64,000 nucleotides of DNA, taken from an uncultured Candidatus Entotheonella sp. GTDB taxonomy: Bacteria; Tectomicrobia; Entotheonellia; Entotheonellales; Entotheonellaceae. Positions 1 through 9,712 of this stretch are shown piece by piece. Under the pieces are notes generated by a model, which was not told where the DNA came from, did not search any database, and was given only the letters and a program-made list of their open reading frames with translations. The stretch is from positions 1,792,001 through 1,856,000 of the forward strand of contig CBDCDA010000001.1 in the NCBI GenBank assembly GCA_965215335.1, given 5' to 3'. The first letter of the stretch is position 1. Every line of letters begins with the position of its first letter. Both the position numbers and the translations under genes were made by a program.

Positions 1-186
1 GCGCGGCGGTCCGGGCAACTCGAACAAGGGCACGATCGACGTGTGAAGGTGGTCGTCGAGCCGCGCCGTGTCCCGCAAAACGAGGTCCCCGCCTGCCCCC
101 TCGACGGGTGAATTGAAGTCCACGCGCATGATCAAGGTCTTGCCCACGAGGTCGGCCTCGTTCAGCGCCGCATAGGATACGGTCAT
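1..186 (-). CDS. pgk: Phosphoglycerate kinase, N-terminal part (runs off the window edge)
   Basis: Manual translation from ATG at 186: MTVSYAALNEADLVGKTLIMRVDFNSPVEGAGGDLVLRDTARLDDHLHTSIVPLFELPGPPR, matching the PGK N-terminal motif DLxGKxxxxRVDxNxP...DxxR. Not in the ORF track. Confidence 0.8.
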   Translation of the reverse strand, partial: MTVSYAALNEADLVGKTLIMRVDFNSPVEGAGGDLVLRDTARLDDHLHTSIVPLFELPGPPR

Positions 187-623
187 ACGGCCTGTTTTCC
201 TTATCCGAAATGTCTCGCCCGTGCAGGGCGGGCAAGGCGCTTGCACGGGCCTGGTGAGCACCCGCGCAAACGCCGTCCGTCATCGCCGGCGGCTAACACC
301 TGCACGTAGCCGTATGCGGCGTTGCTGCGATTGCGGTAGAAGCCGTCGGAGTGGTGATATTCCTCTTCCCGTCTCCTTGTTTTCCAAAGGGATGGTGAAT
401 CGGACCGAGGAACGGCATCTCATCTTAAGGTATGTATGGGATGGTGTCCACGCATGCGGGGCTGTCCTGACGCCCTCCGCCGTCTTGTCACACGGGGCAG
501 CGTGTGGCATCATGGCAGCCCCTGTCGACGGCTTTCGGAGGCGACCGGCAGCGGCTTTTGTCGGCTTGTCAAGTCAATGCTGCGGATAGTTCTCAGGCCG
601 CTTCGGTACAAGGAGGGCGCGGA

Positions 624-1002
624 AGCGACCTGCACCGGGTATTCCACAATTGGTGGGAGCGCGCCAAGGAGTTGTACGGGCTGGGGGTGATCCAGGGCAA
701 GGCCACCGACCGCTCGACCCTGTACTACGACCCGCTGGTGGCCTATCATCAACAGGGTGGATTTTCCGGACGTCTGCCTGTCACAGGCATGGTACGATGC
801 CAGTCGGCGCACGCTCATCGTGTCCACAGACGCCGGGTTGCCCCGCGCGGCGGGCAGCGCGACGTCGTTCAGGGTTCAAAACATCGGGCGCGACGTTCGG
901 GTTCTGATCGACGGCCAGCCCTCGGAGCAATGGGCTATCGTTGACGGAGAATTGGAGATCACCACGACGGGTGGGGAGCATACGATTCTCATTTCGCACT
1001 GA
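624..1002 (+). pseudogene. Probable gene remnant in two frames (C-terminal part of an unknown protein)
   Basis: Protein-like sequence in one frame (..HNWWERAKELYGL..TLYYDPLVAYH) switches near 757 to another frame (VDFPDVCLSQAWYDASRRTLIVSTDAG..ELEITTTGGEHTILISH*). No convincing start. Confidence 0.4.
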
Positions 1003-1054
1003 ATTCCCGCGCGGCCGGGAACGGCGGGATTCGTCACGCAAGGAGGGAAGACAG

Positions 1055-2074
1055 ATGGCACGGCAAACACGTCGTCACTTTCTACAATTGATGGCATGGA
1101 TCGGGCTCGGCAGTCAGGCTTGGCGCTCGGGCGTGGCACACGCCATGCACCACGGGGCGGTGGTGGCTCCGGCCGCGGCAACGCCGGCGATGACCTATCG
1201 GACGCTCGGCAGCACCGGCTTCAAGGCCAGCCGGCTGGTTTTCGGCTGCGGTTCGGCGCTCTCGCGCGGGCAGGCGGTCGGCCTCCTGGAGCCGGCGTTC
1301 GAGGCCGGCATCAACGTTTTCGACGTGGGCTTTCGGGGCTATTACAAGAACGCCGAGAAGAATCTGGCGCCCTTTCTGAAGAAGCGGCGCCAGAACATTT
1401 TTCTGATTTCCAAGGCCAAGGTCGGTGCGGATCTGAAGCCGTCCGATCCTCTGACCGTGGCTCAGGCGCGAGCGGCTGCCAAGGCGTGGTCCGACCACCT
1501 TGACAACAGCCTGTCGGAATTGCAGGTCGATCACGTGGACGCCTACTACCTCATGGCCGTGAACAACGCCGCCCTGGTTGGCAGCGAAGAGGTGTACGAC
1601 GCCTTCGTGGCGGCGCGGCAGGCGGGCAAGGTGTCGTATTTCGGGATCAGCACGCACGAAAACGCCGCCAAGCTCTTGGAGGTGGCAATCGAAACCGGCT
1701 GGTACACCCTGGCGCAAATCGCCATTACGCCAGCGGGCTGGTACGACAGGCCGAGCCGTCGCATGTTGGCCGGAACGCCGCCGATGCGCGCCCTGCAGCC
1801 GACGCTGGCCCGGGCGCGGGCAGCCGGTATCGGACTGATCGGTATGAAGGCGGGCCGTTACCTGGCCGGTGGCAGCCTCACGCGCAGCAGGCCAAGGGCC
1901 TATGACCATTTGTATAACGACAAGATGAGGGCGGCGAACCTGACGGCCTTCCAGCGCAGTTATGCCTACGTGCTGGCGCACGGGCTTGACGCGGTCAACG
2001 CGGACATGCAGCGCGCCGAGCATCTGCAGGAAAACATGTTTGCGGCGGCCACGTCGGATACGTACTTCACCTAA
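1055..2074 (+). CDS. Aldo/keto reductase with twin-arginine (Tat) signal
   Basis: RBS AAGGAGG before ATG 1055; TRRHFLQ Tat motif; MTYRTLGSTGFKASRLVFG, SLSELQVDHVDAYYL, GKVSYFGISTH and GMK motifs. Confidence 0.85.
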   Translation: MARQTRRHFLQLMAWIGLGSQAWRSGVAHAMHHGAVVAPAAATPAMTYRTLGSTGFKASRLVFGCGSALSRGQAVGLLEPAFEAGINVFDVGFRGYYKNAEKNLAPFLKKRRQNIFLISKAKVGADLKPSDPLTVAQARAAAKAWSDHLDNSLSELQVDHVDAYYLMAVNNAALVGSEEVYDAFVAARQAGKVSYFGISTHENAAKLLEVAIETGWYTLAQIAITPAGWYDRPSRRMLAGTPPMRALQPTLARARAAGIGLIGMKAGRYLAGGSLTRSRPRAYDHLYNDKMRAANLTAFQRSYAYVLAHGLDAVNADMQRAEHLQENMFAAATSDTYFT

Positions 2075-2104
2075 ACGACATACCGCCCAAGGCGTAAAGG
2101 AAAC

Positions 2105-2158
2105 AAAGCCGTATGCAGCGGCACCCCCTGTCCCAAGGCTGCATACGGCTTTTTGTTT
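2105..2158. terminator. Probable bidirectional intrinsic terminator
   Basis: Perfect 15-bp inverted repeat AAAGCCGTATGCAGC (2105-2119) / GCTGCATACGGCTTT (2138-2152), with a T-rich 3' side and an A-rich 5' side, between convergent genes. Confidence 0.7.
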
Positions 2159-2170
2159 GGCGGGCTTTGG

Positions 2171-2435
2171 TCACTCCTGGCAGGTGACCGCCACGGTAAA
2201 TCCGTGCGCCAGCATCGCCAGGTTCTCCGGGGTGAGCGCCTCGTCGGACGGTTGGCGGGTGTAAGCAATGCCGTGGATTTCCAGGAAGCTACGCACCACG
2301 GCGCCCTTGAGGGCAAAGTTGACGTTTTGAGGAACGTCGCCGGTCGCCTGCGCCGTGCGAACGGCGTTGAGCTTCGCCGTCACCACGCCAATGACGTTTC
2401 CGGCCTTATCCAGTACCGGACCGCCGCTTGTTGCC
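2171..2435 (-). pseudogene. C-terminal remnant of a trypsin-like (S1C/HtrA-like) serine protease
   Basis: Minus strand reads GGC AAC [A] AGC GGC GGT CCG GTA CTG GAT, i.e. GNSGGPVLDKAGNVIGVVTAKL..PQNVNFALK with one extra base inside the catalytic GNSGGP motif. No intact N-terminal half upstream. Confidence 0.75.
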
Positions 2436-2658
2436 GTTGCGACGGACTGACGACGGGCCCAGGGGCGCCAGGCGCTTGAATCTGTCCGTCATTCGGATGT
2501 GCCGGGTTGGTGAACGGGACTGGATGGGGACGGTCGCCCCGCACAGCACGGTCGATTCGGTACATAACTCCTCTCCCATGCTGTCCAACTTGGACTTGGC
2601 CCCGCCGCGGCCAATCCGCAGTGGGATGAATCGGAGTGATGTCGGCATGGTCTATCAT

Positions 2659-4923
2659 TCAGAGCATTAACGCAATAGGCCCCAGGGTGTCCGAGCGTTG
2701 CTCAACCGTGCCGATAATTGCCGCGCGCTCATATCCCAAAGCCTGCAGATCGGCAAGACAGGCGGCAGCCTGGTCCGGCGGAACGCTGGCCAACAGCCCG
2801 CCGGCGGTCTGGGGATCGAAAAGCAGCGGATAGCGCGGCGCTTGCGCGGCGGCATCGAGGTCGCGAATGGCGCGACGCAGGCGTATGTTCTGCGGCTGCA
2901 GGGTGCTGAAAATCCCCGCCGCGACGGTCTCCTCGGCGCCGTCGAGGACGGGCAGCTGACTCAAGTCAAGGCATGCGCCGACTTGCGAAGTGCGGGTCAT
3001 TTCGATCAGGTGGCCGAGGAGACCAAAACCGCTCACGTCGGTGCAGGCCGTAGCGCGGTGTCGCCACAGGCATGTCGACGCCGCGCGATTCGACAGCAGC
3101 ATCGAAGTCAAAGCGGCGCTTATCCAGCGGCCTTTGGCTTTGAGCCGCATATCGGCGGCAAAGAGGGTGCCGGTGCCCAGGGCCTTGGTGAGGATGAGGC
3201 GGTCGCCGGGCTGCATGCCGCCCTTGCGCAGCAGGTCGGCGCGCTCGGCGAGGCCGTTGATGGCGAAGCCCAATGATAATTCGGCGCCTTCACTGGTGTG
3301 CCCGCCGACCAGCGCCACTCCGGCGTCGTGCAGCACTTCTTCCGCACCTTGCAGCATCTGCGACAGGGTATCCTCGGTCTTTTGTTCCAAGCCGTAGGGG
3401 ACGGTGGCGATGGCCAGAGCCGTCTGGCCATCGGCGCCCATGGCGAAGATGTCCCCCAGGCTGTGCTGGGCAGCGATCTTGCCGAAGATGTAGGGGTCAT
3501 CGACAAGGGTGCGGAAGAAATCGACGGTATGCACCATCACTTTCCGAGGCGGCACCTCGACCACTGCGGCGTCATCGGGATGCTCCAGGCCGACAACGAC
3601 GTCGTTCCGCTGCACCGGCTGCAATTGCGCCAGGGCTCGATCAAGGGTGGTCGCGCCGACCTTGGCCCCGCAGCCGCCGCAGCGCATGGCCAGAGCAGAG
3701 ACTTCCCGCATCGCCTCGGCATCCGCCAACCCTGGCGCCAGATCGGCGGCGGGCGCCTGTCGCATCTCGGGCAGTACGTTGAACTTGTCCATGAAACGGC
3801 GGTCGATCCAGTCCTTCCAACGCCAAATCAGGCGACCCTTCAGGGACCACTTGCCGCGCGACGCAACGGCGTATTTATCTCCCGTGCTGATGAGGCTGAG
3901 CCATCGCTTCTGGGGCGTAAAGGGTCGAGGCCGCTGTCCCAGCAGGACGCGGCGCAGATTGCGGGCGAGCGGCAGACCCTGACGCACCGCAAATACCCCG
4001 GCCTTTTCGCGCGCGTGATTTTCGACGGCGGCCACGTCGCCGGCGGCAAAGATGTCGGCATGCGACACCGACTGCAGAGCGTCATTGAGGCGGATGAAGC
4101 CGTGCGTGTCCACCGCGAGCCCGGCGGCCGCCGGCCAGGACGGCGCCGCGGCGTTGGTCACCCAGAGAATCTCCTCGAATTCGTGCGAACTGCCGTCCTC
4201 GCAGCCGAGGCCGTTTTCCCACAGCCGGGTGACGCGGCATGGTGCATGGACGTGCACGCTGCGTTCGCGCAGGAGCCGCTGAAACGCCGCCTGAACCCGT
4301 TTGTTGTGCGTTGGCAGGATGGATTCGGTACGACTGAAGAGGTGAAAGGTCAGCTGGGACTGGAACCCGGCTTCCCGGCACAATTGTTCCAGGCGGCACT
4401 GCATCGCCAGCGTCAGCTCGACGCCGCCGGCACCGGCGCCGACGACGCCAATGCGCGCCACGCCGCGGGCCGCCAGCACGCGGGGCACCAAACGCTGCCA
4501 GCGGGACAGGAAATTGTTGATGGGCTTCACCGGCACCACGAACTTGTCCGCACCCGGCACCGGCGAGAAATCGGGCGTGGAACCGATATTGATCGACAGC
4601 ACGTCGTAGGACACGTCCGGCCGATTCTTGCAGCGGATACGCCGGGTGACCGGATCAAGGGCTATCACCTCGTCATGGTACAACCGGGCACCGGCAAAGC
4701 GTGCCAATGGCCCCAGATCGATATGGATGTCGTCGTAATCGTAGTGGCCGGCGACAAAGCCCGGCAGCATGCCGGAATAAGGCGTGTGGACGTCGCGGCA
4801 GATGAGCGTGAGGCAAACGCCCGGCAGCGGCTGCATGCCGAACCGTTTGAGAACCGTGACGTGGCTGTGACCACCCCCGATCAGGACCAGGTCTTTGACG
4901 ACAGGCGTTGAACCATTTTGCAT
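2659..4923 (-). CDS. selD: Selenide, water dikinase (SelD) fused to an N-terminal FAD/NAD pyridine nucleotide-disulfide oxidoreductase domain
   Basis: N-terminal LVLIGGGHSH and VVGAGAGGVE Rossmann motifs; C-terminal RCGGCGAKV, DDAAV, TVDFF, GGHT and TDVSGFGLLGH SelD motifs. Confidence 0.92.
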   Translation of the reverse strand: MQNGSTPVVKDLVLIGGGHSHVTVLKRFGMQPLPGVCLTLICRDVHTPYSGMLPGFVAGHYDYDDIHIDLGPLARFAGARLYHDEVIALDPVTRRIRCKNRPDVSYDVLSINIGSTPDFSPVPGADKFVVPVKPINNFLSRWQRLVPRVLAARGVARIGVVGAGAGGVELTLAMQCRLEQLCREAGFQSQLTFHLFSRTESILPTHNKRVQAAFQRLLRERSVHVHAPCRVTRLWENGLGCEDGSSHEFEEILWVTNAAAPSWPAAAGLAVDTHGFIRLNDALQSVSHADIFAAGDVAAVENHAREKAGVFAVRQGLPLARNLRRVLLGQRPRPFTPQKRWLSLISTGDKYAVASRGKWSLKGRLIWRWKDWIDRRFMDKFNVLPEMRQAPAADLAPGLADAEAMREVSALAMRCGGCGAKVGATTLDRALAQLQPVQRNDVVVGLEHPDDAAVVEVPPRKVMVHTVDFFRTLVDDPYIFGKIAAQHSLGDIFAMGADGQTALAIATVPYGLEQKTEDTLSQMLQGAEEVLHDAGVALVGGHTSEGAELSLGFAINGLAERADLLRKGGMQPGDRLILTKALGTGTLFAADMRLKAKGRWISAALTSMLLSNRAASTCLWRHRATACTDVSGFGLLGHLIEMTRTSQVGACLDLSQLPVLDGAEETVAAGIFSTLQPQNIRLRRAIRDLDAAAQAPRYPLLFDPQTAGGLLASVPPDQAAACLADLQALGYERAAIIGTVEQRSDTLGPIALML

Positions 4924-5174
4924 GCATGCATCCTGCTGGGGACCATCGTATCCGGGTGCCCGGCCACACGGCGGCGAGTCGCTCGTTCATCAGGCGTCAG
5001 CGCCCGGCTGCCGGCGGGCGTCTGGCAAGTATAGGTCCGCTTGGGGTCGGCAACAAGGGTGGGGGACAGCATGGAATCGGCAGGTGATTTTCATTTATAT
5101 TGTTATATTGTGCACATTGTGCGAACACCACCTAGCGCGGACCCTTGTCATTCAACTCGATATGGGAGAACACC

Positions 5175-5492
5175 ATGGCGCTCTATGAATTGCGTACGTA
5201 CACCTTTCACGTTGGCAAGCTGGGCGAGGCCGTGTCGCTGTACGACTCGGAGGGATGGCCGGCGCTCCGGAAGTACGAAGACAAGCTCGTGGGCTACTTT
5301 ACCGGCGACATCGGCGCGATGAATCAGTTGGTCCACCTGTGGAAGTTCGATGACGACGCCGACCGGCGGCGGCACTGGGCTGCGGTGTTCGCGGATGCAG
5401 ATTTCATGGCCTTCGCCGGCAAGCTGCGCCCCATGATCCTGACGCAAGAGAACAAGCTCCTGCATGCCTCGCCCTGGGGACCGCATCCCTGA
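5175..5492 (+). CDS. NIPSNAP family protein
   Basis: YELRTYT..GK..., LVGYF..DIG..NQLVHLW, WAAVFAD; GGAGAA RBS before ATG 5175. Confidence 0.85.
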   Translation: MALYELRTYTFHVGKLGEAVSLYDSEGWPALRKYEDKLVGYFTGDIGAMNQLVHLWKFDDDADRRRHWAAVFADADFMAFAGKLRPMILTQENKLLHASPWGPHP

Positions 5493-5651
5493 ACTCATCG
5501 GCGATGAGACTGGCCGAAACGCCGCTCAGCGGTCTGAACGCCTGGCTCGGATATCCCAAGGGCCGAATACAGGTCCTGTCCCCAAGCGCTCAGGATACGG
5601 AATACCAAGCAACCCCGCCGCTTTGTCGGCTCAGCCCTTTTGTCATCGTGT

Positions 5652-6089
5652 CTACTCGTCTGCGGGCTGGCGCCGCCGTTCCTGTTTGAGCGTACCGATG
5701 CGGCGTTTTTCCTGCAGACGGCGTTCGACGGCGGCTCGGTCGGGGTACGTAGGGCGGCGCGGCCTGGGAACGTGCAGCGCCTGGTGCAGCAAGCGTTGAA
5801 AGCGCTCCGTTACCTCGGTGCGGTTGCGAGACTGGCTGCGGGTAGCTTGGCAGGTCAGGTGCAGGACGCCGCGGCCATCGATGGCCGATTTCAGCTTGCT
5901 GAGCACGCGGGCGCGCTGCGATTCGTCCAGGCTGGCCGATCGCTGCACGTCGAACGTCAATTCCACCTGCGTTGCCGTGCGGTTGACGTGCTGACCGCCC
6001 GGGCCGCCGCTGCGGCTGAAGCGGAATCGCAACTCCGTCATCGGAATCGTCACCGTGTCGGTGACGGGCAGGTCGGGTTGGTCGGCCAT
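5652..6089 (-). CDS. arfB: Alternative ribosome rescue peptidyl-tRNA hydrolase ArfB
   Basis: FSRSGGPGGQHVN (GGQ motif), RSQSRNR and a basic C-terminal tail RRLQEKRR. Confidence 0.92.
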   Translation of the reverse strand: MADQPDLPVTDTVTIPMTELRFRFSRSGGPGGQHVNRTATQVELTFDVQRSASLDESQRARVLSKLKSAIDGRGVLHLTCQATRSQSRNRTEVTERFQRLLHQALHVPRPRRPTYPDRAAVERRLQEKRRIGTLKQERRRQPADE

Positions 6090-6112
6090 GACCTTTCCAT
6101 GCGGATCAGAAG

Positions 6113-7312
6113 TCAGGGCGCCGGCACCTTGCTCAGGGCCGCGTCGAGAATGCCGATGGCCTCGTCGACCTCCGTCCGGCTGGTGGTCAGCGGCGGCATG
6201 AAGCGGATGGTGTTCGGTCGCACCGCGTTGAGCAGCAGACCGTTGGCGACGGTTTCGGCGATCACTGCGGCAGCGCGGTCGTCAGCCAGTTCAAGCGCCA
6301 GCAGCATGCCCATGCCGCGCACGTCGGTGACCACGTCGTGCTTCGCCTGCAACTCCTCCAGGCTGCCTTTGAGGTACGTACCGACCTCCGCGCCCTTGGC
6401 CGGCCAGTTCTCGTCAACGACGACCTTGGCACCGGCCGCGCCGGCCGCTGTCGTCAGGGCGTTGCCGCCGAAGGTCGAACCGTGGTCGCCGGGCTCCAAA
6501 ACGGCAACTTCCTCCTTGCACAGGAAAGCGCCCAGCGGCGCGCCGGCGCCGAGTCCCTTGGCCATGGTCAGGGCGTCCGGCTCGAAGCCGAACTGCTCGT
6601 ATCCGAACAGGGTGCCGAGCCGTCCCATGCCCGTCTGTACCTCGTCCGAGATGAGCAGCAGGTGCTTCTCGTCGCACCAGGCGCGGACCTGCGTGAAATA
6701 ATCGGGGTCCGGCACGTTCACGCCACCCTCGCCCTGCACCGGCTCCAGCAGCACCGCGCAAGTCTGATCCGTGGTGGCTTCCCTGATGGCGTCCACGTCG
6801 TTATACGGGACATTGACGAACCCCGGCATCAGCGGCCGCCAGTTATCCTGGTAGTGCGCCTGCCCGGTCGCCGCCATCATGGCCAGGGTGCGCCCGTGAA
6901 ACGAGTTGTTCGCCGTGATGATCTCGTGGGCGCCGTTCAGGTGCAGCTTGCCATACTTGCGGGCGAGCTTGCACACCCCCTCGTTGGCCTCCGCCCCGGA
7001 GTTGCAGAAGAACACCCGGTCCATACAGGAATTATCGACCAGGACCTTGGCCAGCTTGAGTTGCGGGATGGTGTAGAACAGGTTGCTCATCTGCAAGATC
7101 ATGCCGGCCTGTTCCTGGATGGCCGCCGTGACCTCGGGGTGTGAATGCCCGACGTTGAGCACCGCCCAGCCGGCAGTGAAATCCAGATAGCCGTTGCCCT
7201 CGGTGTCGTACACGTAGGAGCCCTGCGCGCGTTCGAGGACCATGGGCATGCGGCGTACCACCTGCATGTAATAATCAGCCTCGATCTGCTTCCACTGCTC
7301 ACCGGTCGTCAT
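6113..7312 (-). CDS. argD: Acetylornithine aminotransferase (class III PLP)
   Basis: FCNSGAEANE, SFHGRT, EPVQGEGG, DEVQTGMGR, AKGLG and HGSTFGGN motifs. Confidence 0.88.
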   Translation of the reverse strand: MTTGEQWKQIEADYYMQVVRRMPMVLERAQGSYVYDTEGNGYLDFTAGWAVLNVGHSHPEVTAAIQEQAGMILQMSNLFYTIPQLKLAKVLVDNSCMDRVFFCNSGAEANEGVCKLARKYGKLHLNGAHEIITANNSFHGRTLAMMAATGQAHYQDNWRPLMPGFVNVPYNDVDAIREATTDQTCAVLLEPVQGEGGVNVPDPDYFTQVRAWCDEKHLLLISDEVQTGMGRLGTLFGYEQFGFEPDALTMAKGLGAGAPLGAFLCKEEVAVLEPGDHGSTFGGNALTTAAGAAGAKVVVDENWPAKGAEVGTYLKGSLEELQAKHDVVTDVRGMGMLLALELADDRAAAVIAETVANGLLLNAVRPNTIRFMPPLTTSRTEVDEAIGILDAALSKVPAP

Positions 7313-7583
7313 GTGATCTCTCCTGTCGGCTTATCGCCGGGTGGGTGTGACGAGACGCAGCCTCACGCGAGGCGCCGTGCCTGGACTGCAATGCTGCGCA
7401 GGACGATTTGCAAATGCAGGGGCCTAGGGTACATGCGGGTGCGCACCGTTGCAAGGCGGGCTCGCAGGACGACAGCAGGGGTGGAATGGAACGGGGCCGA
7501 ACGAGAGGGCTGAAACGCGCCTGACGGTCAGGCGCGTGCCCCGATGGGCTCGCAAGCCACGGGGGGGGGGGCGAGGTCGCGCG

Positions 7584-8255
7584 CTATGAATTTGCGCTGA
7601 ACGGCCGGCCGTCCCAGCTTTCGTGCCGCGCAAAATCCGACACCGGCTTGCGGCGCAGCCGGGTGAGTCGCTTGACTGGCTGACCCAACGGAATGACGGC
7701 GCTGACGGCCGCATGCGGCGGGATCTTCAGCAACGCCTGCACCTTGGCTTCCTGGGCGACGGCCAGCGTCGTAATCGTGCCACCGTATCCCTCGTGCCGG
7801 GCCGCCAGCAGAATGTTCCATACGAAGGGATAGATCGACGCCCCGCTGATCACCCCCACCCGTTCGAGATACTGGTCCGTGGACGCCACCACCCGGAGGT
7901 CCACGCAGACCACCAGCACCACGGGCGCCTGCATGAACGACTCCCGCAACCGCGCCGGAACACCGGTGTTCTCGATCGTTGCCGCATCGACACTGGTGGG
8001 CGATACCGAATTCCACGGACTCTCGCCCGCAACCTGCTGGGCGGCGTACCGCTTGGCCGCCGGTTCGCCCAGTGTGGCCAGCGCTTCACGGGTTTGCCGC
8101 CGGCGCACGATCAGCACGTGCCACCCCTGGCGATTGCCGCCGTTGGAAGCGAACCGGGCGTTGTCCAGAATCGTGTAAAGCACCTCGTCCGGCACCGGCG
8201 CGTCGGTAAATTCCCGCGCGGAAAACGCCGTGCGCATCGCCTCATACAGTTCCAT
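7584..8255 (-). CDS. Nitroreductase family protein
   Basis: MELYEAMRT..SAREFTD.PVPDE, ARFASNGGNRQGW, NILLAAR.EG.G. Start moved to ATG 8255, which follows a GGAGG RBS. Confidence 0.85.
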   Translation of the reverse strand: MELYEAMRTAFSAREFTDAPVPDEVLYTILDNARFASNGGNRQGWHVLIVRRRQTREALATLGEPAAKRYAAQQVAGESPWNSVSPTSVDAATIENTGVPARLRESFMQAPVVLVVCVDLRVVASTDQYLERVGVISGASIYPFVWNILLAARHEGYGGTITTLAVAQEAKVQALLKIPPHAAVSAVIPLGQPVKRLTRLRRKPVSDFARHESWDGRPFSANS

Positions 8256-8519
8256 GCCGCCTCCTTCGTTCGGAATGTCGTCGCCAACCTTGATGCAAGC
8301 GGCACTACCATACCACAAAGACCTCACCCGGTGGGCCTGCTCAGGGCGTCTCGCGGCAGGCCGTGCTGCGGTTGATATCGGCTCCCTTGCTTTGTATCAT
8401 CCGCTTTCCGCCGTTCCGGAAGGGTTCCACCACGGTGGCGTGCCGGCTCGGCAGGTGCCGGGCACGCACTTGCAGCGGCTCGGTTGCGCACCCCCCAGAA
8501 CCTGATGAGGAAAACGACG

Positions 8520-8999
8520 ATGGCCGTGGAACGATTTCCCGTTGAGGCGGGCCACATCATGCTGTTCGCCCGCGCGATTGGCGATACCAACCAGATCTAT
8601 CACGACGCGACCTATGCCCAGGGTACGGAGCCCGGCTCTGTCATCGCGCCACCGACGTTTGTACAGGCCAGCGCGCAGTTTGATCCCGATTACCGCCTGC
8701 GGCCCAAGCCGGGCCAGCCCTGGTTCGGCTCCGGCAAGGCGCCCACCGGCGTGACGCGCAGCGAAGGCGGCGGCGGTCTGCACGCCGAGCAGCACTACAT
8801 CTATCACCGCCATCCCAGGCCGGGCGACGTGCTCACCGCCTCCCTGAAGCCCGGCAAGACGTGGGAAAAGCAAGGCCGTCGCTCGGGCAAGCTGATCTTC
8901 ACCGAATCCATCACCGAATACCGCGATCAAAACGGCGAGCTGGTTGTCACCTCGCGTGGCGTCGGCGTCGTCACCGAGCGGCCCGTCGATCAGAGCTAG
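8520..8999 (+). CDS. MaoC-like dehydratase N-terminal (hotdog) protein
   Basis: FPVEAGHIMLFARAIGD.N.IY.D, APPTF and LHAEQ.Y.YHR motifs. Confidence 0.85.
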   Translation: MAVERFPVEAGHIMLFARAIGDTNQIYHDATYAQGTEPGSVIAPPTFVQASAQFDPDYRLRPKPGQPWFGSGKAPTGVTRSEGGGGLHAEQHYIYHRHPRPGDVLTASLKPGKTWEKQGRRSGKLIFTESITEYRDQNGELVVTSRGVGVVTERPVDQS

Positions 9000-9008
9000 G
9001 AGAGCCCC

Positions 9009-9431
9009 ATGGCACTGTCAGCAAAAGCGCTCGAGGTCGGCGACACCCATCAGGAAATCGTCGTCGACAACCTGACCCGCACCCAGCTGGTGCAATACGC
9101 CGGTGCCTCCGGTGATTACAACCCCATCCACACCGATGAGGTGTATACCACGCAGGTGGCTGGCTATCCTTCCGTGTTTGCCCACGGCATGCTTTCCATG
9201 GGCATGACCAGCAAGATGCTGACCAACTACGTCGGCGACGGCCGTCTCGCCACCTTCGGCGTCCGCTTCACCCGTCAGGTCTGGCCCGGCGACACCCTCA
9301 CCGCCACCGCCACCGTGCAAGCCATCCGTGAAGAGAACGGCATCCATTTCGTCGACCTCGCCGTTTCCACCGTCAACCAGGACGGCGCGGAAGTGGTCAA
9401 CGGCTACGCCTCCGCTCGCATCGATGCGTGA
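9009..9431 (+). CDS. MaoC family dehydratase
   Basis: YAGASGDYNPIHTD...AHGM hydratase-2 motif; forms a pair with the upstream hotdog gene. Confidence 0.9.
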   Translation: MALSAKALEVGDTHQEIVVDNLTRTQLVQYAGASGDYNPIHTDEVYTTQVAGYPSVFAHGMLSMGMTSKMLTNYVGDGRLATFGVRFTRQVWPGDTLTATATVQAIREENGIHFVDLAVSTVNQDGAEVVNGYASARIDA

Positions 9432-9712
9432 CCGCCGCCGTGCGGGTGAAGCAGGGGCTGCCCGTCCTGTGGAGCCTCGGCAACCCGCTCTGCGGCAGCT
9501 TTGCTGGCCTGATGGTGGACGATGAGCGGGAACGCTCCGATCGGTCGGGCGGCGAACGACAGGCTCCGACTGGACAAAAGCCGATTCGCCCAAGGCAAGG
9601 CAAATTCGGGTGCAATACCGGCAACACCATGATTTTTCGGATCGGGTCGGCTCCGAAATCTACGGTGACAAGAGACGCCCTCACCATTGTTGAATCATCG
9701 GACGCCGCGGCG

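Noticed and set aside
221..690. Short ORFs upstream of pgk
   Set aside because: No motifs, RBS or codon-bias support.
3670..3690. Possible Sec codon in the selD active site
   Set aside because: The motif reads CGGCGAK with ordinary Cys codons; no in-frame UGA.
5493..5530. Hammerhead-like GATGAG...CGAAAC after the NIPSNAP gene
   Set aside because: Lacks the CUGAUGA core and stem II pairing; better explained as a small CTCATC/GATGAG hairpin.
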